NCBI RefSeq assembly: GCF_009914755.1
Contig: NC_060935.1
Length of the DNA stretch: 64,000 bases
Origin: the human T2T-CHM13v2.0 reference genome, Homo sapiens
Reading direction: 5' to 3' (one strand)
Part shown: one piece after another, positions 54,236 through 64,000 of the stretch
Layout of the letters: every line of letters starts with the position of its first letter
Numbering within the stretch: the stretch's first letter is position 1
Position numbers and translations under genes: made by a program
The notes under the pieces: model-generated
What the model was told of the DNA's origin: nothing
What the model saw: the letters and a program-made list of their open reading frames with translations, nothing else
Databases searched by the model: none

Positions 54236-55659
54236 GTGGGAGGAGGTAGCAATTATGAATGTCAGCTCTGAAATCTGATCTGAATTCACATTTCAGGCTA
54301 AATGAAGCAATCATTAGTAAACACTCAGCATAGGGCTAGCAAATAATAAGCTCACAATTTATTATCCTTATTGATACCTGATATGTAAATACTAGTAGCC
54401 TTTACAACAAGCATTCCCATGATAGGTTTTGCCATTTGATAGAGAACAGAACTGTTTCTCAGGGATGTGCAGCATTTCTGGTCACAGAGCAAGAACAAGG
54501 TGGTGTAGGGACCCTGCTTATCCTACCCTGCCCTCCAGATGCAGGGACCCCACTCCCACCCACCCCTACAGCCTCACCTTGAGTATCAGAGAAGGTGATG
54601 GTGGAGAGCCACCTCCCAGACTGGCCTGGGCTGCTTCCTGGGCCCATTTCTGTCCCTCTCTGGGTTTCACAGCTTCCCATCCCACCCAAAGGTGCACTGG
54701 TGCTGACCCTGGGCAGTGCTGTGGGCAGTGAAGGCCGGATGAGGTCCCTGAGTGACAGCAGGCTCTGAATTGCCGCAAGTGTCACCATGGTAAAGTTTCT
54801 TTCCTGCTCTGTGCCTCAGTTTCCTCATCTGTGAAGGGGCAATGGTGATAGCATCTGCTTCACAGGGGCCCTGTGGGTGCTGAATCAGAGGGCCCAGGTG
54901 AGGTTACGCCTGGGGTCAGGGCAGGGCCACCAGGGGTGTCCGGGGGCCACGCGAGCCTTTGAGAGGTGCCGCAGGTCTTGAGTCCACATACCAACTGCCA
55001 CCCACACAGGCCGACGTCCCTTCCAACGGTGCAGCGGGGCTAAGGTCACTTGCAATCGTGGAGAAGAGACAGTGACCTGGGGTTGGGGCAGGAGCCTACG
55101 TCAAGACAGAGTCACGGATGGGTGGGGCTCAGTCCCTCCCTTGGAGGGAACCCCCCAGGACTGTGGCAGACCCCCTTGCAAGGTCCTCATCGGCTCCAGG
55201 GCAGGCCCAGCCTCTGCCATGGGTGTGAGGGAGAGTTGAGGGCTCTATGACGCCCCCCTCCCCAGATAACTCAAGGCCCGGGGAGGGAGCTTTGGGTTGA
55301 GATGGTGTCGTCAGGGGCTAGTGGGCAGGTGTGCAAAGCCCCAGGCTGGGCCCAGAGAAATTCAGCAGCAGGTTTCAGGGCAGCAGGAGGTCGGCTGGGA
55401 GGGTGGATCCTTATGCATCTCTCTGTCTCATCCCCTCTGACCGCCTCAGCCAGGGGGAGAGAATGGAGCTCGGTGAGCAGCCCCAGTGGGCCTGCTATGA
55501 ATTACAGGACCCCCTGCAAATTCACACACATGCTTGCCCCCTGCTGTGCTACTGACAGCAAAGGCAGAATCTGAGCTGCTGGGACTTGCCCAAGGCTGCC
55601 AGCTGCAGATGCTGGAGCCAGACAGAAGCCCAGGCCGCCTTCACAGTCTGCATAGTTCC

Positions 55660-56256
55660 AGTGCAACAAGGAACCTAAAGGGTTAACCAGCATTAGCACA
55701 GGGCCCAGCAAGTCACTCCCAGGTACCTGCTCAAGAGAACAGAAAACATGTCTGCACAAAAACCTGCACAGCCAAGCTCACAGCAGCACCATCCACAGCA
55801 GCCACAGTGCAACAACCCAATGTCCACAGCAACTGACGCACAGAGAAACCAACTGTGGTCTAGCCACACAAGGGAATATTATTCAGCCCTGAAAAGGAAT
55901 GCACTCCTGGTCCATGCTGCAAACATGCATGAACCTCAAAAACATTAGGCCAAGTAAAAGAAGCCAGTCACAACAAAACTAAATGTCGTAGAATTCCATT
56001 TAATGAAATGCCCAGAGTTGGCAAGTCTGTAGAGGGATAGAGTAGAAGGGTGGTTACTGGGGCTGGGGAATGAATGGGGGGTGGGGAAGTTGTGGGGCAT
56101 GGCTGGAAGGTGTGGAGTTTCTTTCCAGGAGAATGAAAATATCCTAACATTGATTCTGGTGTTGGATGCCCGAGTCTGAATATACTGAAGACCACTGAAT
56201 TGCACATTTCACATGGGTGGACTGCTGGTTCGTGAATTCCACCTCGATGAAGCTGT
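55660..56256 (+). mobile_element. L1MB-like 3' end
   Basis: ggaatattattcagcc...gaacctcaaaaacatta...aagaagccagtcaca...accactgaattg. Confidence 0.8.
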
Positions 56257-56704
<448 letters not shown>

Positions 56705-57309
56705 TCAGACTCTGCCGGTCCCCTGCCCTGGGCCAGGTCCTGGGTTGGGTATGGAGAGCTGAGAGCCCAGAGCCAACCAAACCGTGGTGCCCTGGTAGCC
56801 TGCAGCTTGTTCATTTTGCTGGCAGCGAGACCCCTTGAGATCCAACTGCCCAAATGAAACATAAAGAGGCCGAAGCGCATGGTGGTAAAAGATGTGAGTC
56901 CCCAGATCGAAGCTTGGGGCAATTCTGCATGAGTTAGTTACACCGCTGCAACAAAGACACCTAAAAACACAGGGGCTCAATCCCTGCGTCAAGATCTCAC
57001 ATAAAAGGGAGATAGGCAGCCCAGGGCTGATTGGTGGCCTGACAGTGCCAGGGGCCTGGCTCCTTCTATCTCTCTCCCTCGCCATCCTCAGCAAGTCACT
57101 TCCATCTTGGGTCCAAGATGGGGAGGGAGGAGGGGACACCTCTTGCCATTAAGGGCAAGGCTTAAAAGGGCTTATGGAGCTTCAGCTGGAGTGGCCTCAA
57201 TCAGAACTTATTCATGGCTGGGATGTGTTGCAAGGGAGTCTGGGAAATGCAGTGTTTATCTGGGAGGCCACGTGCCCAGCGAAGCATTATTACATTATTG
57301 TACAATAGG

Positions 57310-57696
57310 ATGGGATGGGAGAGAAAGGAAGGAAAGAGGGAGGGGGAGGATGAAGAGAAGGAAGGAGGGAGGGAGAGGAGTAGGGAGGGAAAGAAGGAGG
57401 GAGGAAAGAAGGGAGGGAGGGAGAGGAGAAGGAGGAAAGGATGGATGGAAGGAAGAAAGGAAGGAAAGAGGGAGGGAGGGAGGAGAGAAGGAAGGAAGGA
57501 GCGAGAAAGGAGGGAAAGAGGGAGGGAAGAGAGAGGGAAGGAAAGGAGGGAGGAAGGAAGGGAGGGAAGAAAGATGGATGGAGGGAGGGAGGGAAGAATA
57601 GAAGGAAAGAAGGAGAGAGGGAAGGAGGGAGGAAGGAAGGAGGGAAGGAGGGAGGAAAGAAGGAGGGAGGAAGGAAGGGAGGGAGGGAAGAGGAAA
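57310..57696. repeat. Polypurine (GGAA/GGGA)n tract
   Basis: Nearly pure A/G on the + strand. Confidence 0.95.
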
Positions 57697-59269
57697 CACT
57701 GGACTCTAAGCATGTACAGTAAGCATTGTGAGCCTCAGTTTCCTCGTCTGTAGAGAGGGAAGCAGTTTCAAAGGCTGCTTGGAAGACTGATTGACGAGGC
57801 ACAGTGCACCCGCAGGTAAAGGGGGACTACCTCACTGTTCTCCCGCCCCCGAAGACCTCCATGCTGGGCCAGGAGGACAGAGCGGGAGGTCTGCCCACTG
57901 CCCAGGAGCACCCCAGTGGGTGGAGTGAAGACTGGGCTGGCACACTGAGACAGTGGAGTCCACCGGGAGCTCAGGGGACTCAGGGACTCTTCAGCCCCTA
58001 TCTGGGAACCCACTAGGGTTGGGACCCCTGTGCCAGACCTGGCCCAGCTCGGGGAGGGCTCTGCACTACCCGCTGCCTGTGGTCTGGCCCAGCCCCTGCC
58101 AGCACCGGCCCATGGTGATGTCACTCAGCATGCCCAGTGCCTGCAGCACTTCTCTGGTCTCTGGCCCCAGACCCACTGGCCGGCCGGACGCTCGATATAT
58201 TCTGTTTTGAAAGAAAACAAACTCTTTTGAAACACTGCTGCTGGGAGCACAGGCTGAAAGTCTCGCCCCCACACTCCTTTCCCCTCCCATGGGAGCTGGT
58301 GCACATCTGAGCATCGGGGAAACCTGACAGGTGGGGCCACATGTGGGGCAGATGCCCCTTCCCCACCCTCCAAGGCAGCAGACGGGTACAGAGCCCCTGC
58401 TGTGTGGCTGCCTGGGATGCAGAGACAGCATTGAGACTGAAGGCAATAGGGAGCTATTGAAGGATTGAGAGGGAGAGTGACTGGGTCAGATAAGTGTCTC
58501 AGGAAGTTGGGGCAGTGCGACCCCCATTGGAAACATGTTGCAGTTGGTGTGAGTTGAACTAGGGGCACGATGGGGTGACAAATGTGAATGACATTTAACA
58601 CAAGAAGCCACGGAGTTAGTGGCCACTCAGGCCCAAAGGGGCCCCAGATCATGCCAAGGCCTCCCAAGGCCGCCTCAACCTCAGGTCTTCATGGCAGGAA
58701 CTGGGGGCCCCGTTTGGGAGGCTCTGGAGCTCCAGCAGAGCAGAGGGTCTGGGGAAGGCTTGCCAAGGCAGGGCCTTTGCCACATCCATGGTGGGGTGGG
58801 ATGGGGGGTGGTCCTGAAGGGTCTGGGTGGTCAGGAAGCCCAGCCTGCATGGTCTCCCTCCAAGTGTTGTCAGCGCCTCGGGGGACCTTGGAACCGGGGC
58901 TGGGAATGCTCCACCTGCCAGCCTAGAGCAGCATGATCATGCCAGCCTGGCCCCCAAGCCAGTCCAGGGCAGTGGGACAGGGTGACCACAATAGCCTCAG
59001 AGGGGCAGAGTAACAATGGTGACCTCCTTCTGAGCTGTCCCTTGCACCAGGGACTCGGCATGGGACTGCTTTCATCCTCCAGAAGCAAGCCCAGGAGGTA
59101 GAGGCTGTCGGGGTGCCCACGCTGCAGGTGGGGAAATGGGTCCCACAGAGAAGGAGGACACTTGCTGGAGGTGACAGCCAGGGAGGGCCAGAGCCGGATC
59201 TAGCCCCCTGCAAACCTTCTGCTCACAGTTCGCACCAACTGTGAGCCCATAAAGGCATGAATATAAGGG

Positions 59270-59475
59270 GTGCATGCGTGTGCATGTGTGTGTGCATGCG
59301 CAGGTGTGTGTGTGTGTGTGCATGTGTGTGCATGTGCGAGTGTGTGGATGTGCAGGTGCTGGTGTGTGTCTGCATGTGTTTGCATGTGTGCACGTGCGAG
59401 TGTGTGCATGTGTGTGCCTGTGTGTGCATGTGCAGGTGCAGGTGTGTGCGTGTGTGTGAGTGTGCATGTGTCTAT
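59270..59475. repeat. (TG/CA)-rich alternating purine-pyrimidine repeat
   Basis: tgtgtgcatgtgtg tract. Confidence 0.9.
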
Positions 59476-59989
59476 GTATTTTAATGAAGCCACAGTTGAG
59501 AGGCAGGATCTGGCTGGTGCCCTCACTCTTCCGTCACCAGTCCTCACTGTGGGGTCGAGGACAGGCCACACATGGGGCTTCCTTTCCTGTAACCCCATGC
59601 GTGAGCCAGCCCCTATTCCCTCAAGGACCCAGTTCTTTCCTTGAAGAAAATGGGGTTCTTATGCCTACTTCTCACAGTGTTCAGGGACTGAGCAGTGAGT
59701 TGTGAGGCTGACCACCCAGTGCCAGCCTGAGAGGCCCTGGGGGTGTTGGAAGGGCTCCGTGGTGGGGGGAATGGGTGGGTTGCTCTTCTGGGGCCCCCTC
59801 CCCCTTTGCAGGCAGGTCCAGGCTAGAGCACAGCTCCAGGCTCCCTGGCAAGATGCACCTGGACAGGTCTTTGTCCTCCAGCCTTGGGGAAGGACGGGTG
59901 ACTTGTCTGCCTTCTTGGAGGAGGGTGCAGAGGGTGGGCTGTGGTGGGCATGGAATGAGGGGGTGTGTATGGGTGTGTGGGCTAACCCC

Positions 59990-60310
59990 TCCTGCCACAG
60001 GGCCTTAGCACATGCCATCCCCTCCAGCTAGCATCTTCCCCGTCCCCCGTCACACAGGTAACTCCCACCCCTGCCTCGGATCCCAGATCACGTGTCCCTT
60101 CCGGGGAAGCTGCCTCTGACTTCCCTGGCTAAGGCCACCCCCATGTCCCCCAGGGGCCTCTTCTATAGGAGCAGCAATGCCACACAGGGCTGTCTTCTAA
60201 CATCTGACTGAGGGTGAGGCCCATGCCTTCCTGCCCACCACTTCATCCCTGTGCCCAGCACAGTGGCAGATGTAGGGTGGGCACTCAGAAATGTTTGTAG
60301 AATGAATGAA
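59990..60310 (+). mobile_element. L2 3' end
   Basis: gccttagcacatgcc...gtgcccagcacagtgg...tagaatgaatgaa. Confidence 0.7.
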
Positions 60311-60574
60311 GAGAGGAATGAATTTGGCCAACTCCATGGCCTATGCCCCTGGCTAAGGCAGCCCAGAACTTAAGGTACTTTCCAAAGCAGCTCTGGGGAA
60401 GAGCCTCAAATGGTGGGAGAGAAGAAGGTAGGAGCCTAGGCCTGGGTAGCCTCTGAGGCTGGAGGTCTCCAGGGTGGCAGGGTGGCATCATGATCGAGGT
60501 CATGGATTGCCTGCATGCTCCCATGGAGCTGCCTGCATGCTCTCATCATCTGGCTGAGGCACCACAGACAAGGG

Positions 60575-60720
60575 ACTCAACTGCCCTGTGCCTCAGTTTC
60601 TCCCTCTGTAAAATGGGGATACTAACGCACCCTACAGGACTGCTGTGAAGACTCAAGAGAGTTCATGTAAAGTCCTCAGAACAGTGGCTGGCTCACTGTA
60701 AGAGCTGGGTGTTTGTCAGA
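60575..60720 (+). mobile_element. MIR
   Basis: ctgtgcctcagtttctccctctgtaaaatggggata. Confidence 0.8.
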
Positions 60721-60871
60721 TTTCTTTATTTTTTCCTTATTTGCTTTGAAATCAAGTTTTTTTAAACAATATAAATGACAGATAAATGTTCAAGACATAC
60801 ATGCAAAAGAAACAAAAAAATCTAAAAGAACATTTAAATCCCTACAAATCTCACCTGCCAAAGAAACTACT

Positions 60872-61310
60872 TATATTAGTCAGGGTTAGGTTCTAGTGTG
60901 AATAATAGACACCTCCCCAAATAGCAGTGGACTAAACAACACAGAAATTGCTTTCTCTCTCAAGTGAGAGTCTAGAAATGGGATAGGAGGTGGTTGGTCC
61001 TGCTCTGCAAAGCCTTTGGAGACAGTCACCTCCTGACTATTCTCTGAGCCGTTAACCTGGAGGTATGGTTCTTGCCTTTGGGTCCAAAACAGCAGCCAGA
61101 GCTCCAGCCATCACGTCCAAGTCCCAGGCAGCAAGAAAAAAGAAGGGATGAACAAAGTGCATGTCACTTGCCTTTTAAGGAAGACTTTTGGAAGCTACAA
61201 TATGTCCTTTTCTTTATCTTCTTTTCCCATGTGTAACATGGCCACACCTAGCTGCAAGAGAGTCCAGATAGATGGTCTTTACTACAGGTGGGCCATGTGT
61301 CTTTTTCACT
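60872..61310 (-). mobile_element. MLT1J-like LTR nested in an L1ME fragment
   Basis: tattagtcagggttagg...gctccagccatcacgtcc...catggccacacctagctgcaag. Confidence 0.75.
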
Positions 61311-61890
61311 GTAAAGGGGATCACAGGTAGCTTCCCACGCCCACAAATAAAGATTCACAGATTTTTAAAGGCTGCTTGCAATTCCATCAGGCAGAGGTTT
61401 GATGATTTCACCAGTATCAACAGACATGCAGACCATTGCCAGTTTTCTGGTATTACAGCCCCTGACACCCCTGGATGTATCATCTTTGCACCGGGTTGGA
61501 ACATTCCTTCCCGTAAGTTCCCAGAAGTAGAAATGCTGAGTCAAAGAGGATACACTTTTGACATTTGGACATGAATTGAGAAATTGCCCTTCAGAAAGGT
61601 TGGCCCAGTTTGCAATCCTCCTCTCCATGCTGTGGGGGCTCAGGATGGAGCTGAGAATGTCCCCAGACCTGAGGCTCAGCTGCCCCTGCTGGGTCCCTCT
61701 TGGCATTGTGGGTTTGCTCCCATATTTACTCCAAATTTAGGACTTTTTCCTCCCTTCCCCATGGTAGAGGTCGGGGAAGTGTGCCCCCAATCCTCCCAGT
61801 GGGATCCTTGGGGAAGCCCCTGCCTTGGACAACACCAATCATGAGGTCCCAACCCCTCTAGATGACAGCAAGGAGCAGGAGCCTCCCATA

Positions 61891-61962
61891 GTGCCTGGGG
61901 CTGTTGTTTGAGCTAAGCAGGGGCAGGTGCCTGGGGCTGTTGTTTGAGCTAAACAGGGGCAG
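61891..61962. repeat. 36-bp tandem duplication
   Basis: gtgcctggggctgttgtttgagctaa(g/a)caggggcag x2, 1 mismatch. Confidence 0.95.
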
Positions 61963-62140
61963 TGGCTGCCACCCTGAATGAGGGGCTGGGGCAGGCATCC
62001 TGTGGGTGATCACCCTGGCCCCTCAATCAGATGGACAAGGAGTACAGCCACCAAGCCTTGAGATGCTGTGCTGCAAATGCCCGGAAATGTGCATCAGCCT
62101 GGCTGGGGCAGGCCTGACGGCTCCTAACCGCAGCTGGCAG

Positions 62141-62381
62141 CAGGGTGCCAGATTTCACTCCAAATAAAAATACAGGATGCCCAGTTAAATCTGAATTTCT
62201 GATAAACAACAAAAGTTTTAGTATAACCTAAATACTGTATGGACAAAGGATCGAAGAAAGTGCATGCTACTCGCCTGTTTAAGGAAGCTTCCTAGAAGAT
62301 GTAACATGTCCTTTCTCCTTTATCTCCCATGGGTGACACAGCCCCACCCAGCCGCATCCTTTACTTTATTTGGCAGCCCTC
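62141..62381. mobile_element. MER53-like hAT MITE with foreign internal sequence
   Basis: cagggtgccagattt...aaatacaggatgcccagttaaatctgaatttctgataaacaac; right end tttatttggcagccct; 8-bp TSD gctggcag/actggcag (7/8). Confidence 0.8.
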
Positions 62382-62409
62382 ACTGGCAGCACTGGGGCCC
62401 CTGGAAGCA

Positions 62410-62590
62410 GCAAGCCCAGTGGAAAAAACCTGGACTTTGACACCAGACAGCCTGGATTCAAATCTTGGCCTTTGCCTCTGGTAGCTGTGGACTTCTGGCC
62501 TAGTCACTTAACCCCTCTGTCCCTCAGTTTCCTCGTCTATACATATGGGGGCAAGAATAGCACCTACTTAATGAGGGCATAATGAATATT
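62410..62590 (+). mobile_element. MIR
   Basis: ccagacagcctggattcaaatc...agtcacttaacccctctgtccctcagtttcctc. Confidence 0.8.
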
Positions 62591-62599
62591 ACAGGAAAG

Positions 62600-64000
62600 A
62601 CGTCTGCCTTCAGCGACATGGAAGTACAGATTAGCTCTATGCCTTTCCTCTATGCAACGTTCAGAAATGTTGTATACATTTTAACTAACATCCTTTTCAG
62701 TGCATAGCTAAGGGGCACGAGAAAACAAGGGAAATCTCTGCGGTGTGGAAATAAAGACAGAATTAAAGCGAAGGGTGGGAAGTTTGTGGGGTGAGGCCGC
62801 AGAAGACCTGGGAGGGATCGCTGGTTGTGGTTCCCCGGAGGCTGCAGCCGTGCTCAACAGCCAGGAAGGGGCCAGGGATGAGGCTCCTGTCCCATGTGGG
62901 GCAGAGTCAGAGCTGAGCACCCCATGGGGAGCCAGTGTTCACAAAGTGCCTCCCTCTCAGGACACGGGTAAAGGAGGTAAGTCTGCCCACTGGCTCAGGG
63001 AAATGAAATGAAGTTGACAGGGGAAGAAAAACCTCTCTACTAGGAACCCATCATCATTGGTCTGTCTTCAGACTGCATTCAGATTGAAATGCCTCTATTT
63101 ACCTTATGGCCTGGTAACTCTCAAGTCAAGAAATTACCATAGAGAGTGAGCCTGAACCAGTGACCCATGGGGCATCTAGAAGAATCAAACCCAAAACCTC
63201 ACCAGAGAGACTTCAGGACCATCTGGGATTTCTATAAATAAAGTCCATCGGAAGATGAGCTCACAATAATAAATTACAAACACAAAGGAACTGATCACCA
63301 GGAGTAGAATCAGCATGCATGGGTTTAAAACCTCAAAGGCACTGATGTTTGCAGGTGAAGACGATAGAATAATACATTTTTAATGTTCAAGGAACTACAA
63401 GGAGGAGTTGAAAACACGGAAATGGCAAGTCATCATGAAGATGAAATAGATATGTTTCAAAATGAACCAAATAGAATTTCTAAAAATTAAAAGTTAAATT
63501 AAAGCTCCATGTCTTGAGACTTCTTTGTTTGGGCCATGGTCATGAAAAGGGTTGGGTTAATTCACCCATTGAAACAACTAGAAAATGAGATAAAATGGAC
63601 GAAATAACGATTTTTTTAAACACAATGCCAACAGGTAGAGCAGGACTGGGGCCCCCGGGAGAGGGAAACACACAAAGTGGGTATGACAACCACTCTGGCT
63701 TCCACCTAGTGGCAAGTTTCTGGAGAAAGAAAGAAGGAGGGGCACAGGAGCAAAGCATGGTGGCCCCAGTGTTGAGGACTCATAAATTCATCTGATAGAA
63801 AAGTAAAGCAGATGACATGCCAAGGAGCCCAATTAGGCTGACAGTAAAAATAGAAACCAGAAAACAACAGAAATGATACAAAGGTTGAGAAAAAATGATG
63901 ATCAAATGGTGCTTATATAGCTGATACACTATCCTTCAAGAGCAAGGGTGACATAAAGACATGTTTGGACCCAAAATATTAATAGAATTTACCACTTACT
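62600..64000 (+). mobile_element. Old L1M 5'UTR/ORF1 remnant
   Basis: A-rich sense strand with L1 ORF1-like motifs (aaccaaatagaatttctaaaaat, atccttcaagagcaagggtgacataaagacat, agaatttaccac). Confidence 0.6.

Noticed and set aside
57107-57802. E/R/G/K-rich and L/P/S/F-rich ORFs
   Set aside because: Translation of the polypurine repeat
63700-63716. CTCF-like ccactaggtgg (minus strand)
   Set aside because: Mismatch at a core position and lies in an L1 remnant; cannot be supported

Overview
Primate (almost certainly human) non-genic or intronic DNA with no intact protein-coding gene. The only gene-derived sequence is a full-length processed IFITM3-type pseudogene on the minus strand (4381-5057). 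It has a 16-bp target-site duplication (TSD), a poly-A tail, frameshifts and a K83 stop, and carries a consensus ISRE at its 5' end. Placement at 11q13.3 (IFITM9P, next to MYEOV) is from memory and is not proven by the sequence. The rest is interspersed repeats (about 13 Alus, many MIR/L2, old L1M blocks, MaLR/ERV solo LTRs, MER53 and MADE1 MITEs), VNTRs and long simple repeats, including a 3-kb (GGT/GAT)n array. The long ORFs in the track come from simple repeats, Alus or GC-rich chance. The most unusual signal is five local copy events in which 30-230 bp from 0.4-1.5 kb away were duplicated: an inverted 144-bp pair around the pseudogene, a telomere-repeat/template/Alu mosaic junction, an insert inside an Alu, and replacement of one arm in each of two hairpin MITEs. 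Repeat subfamilies and most boundaries were called by eye and are approximate.
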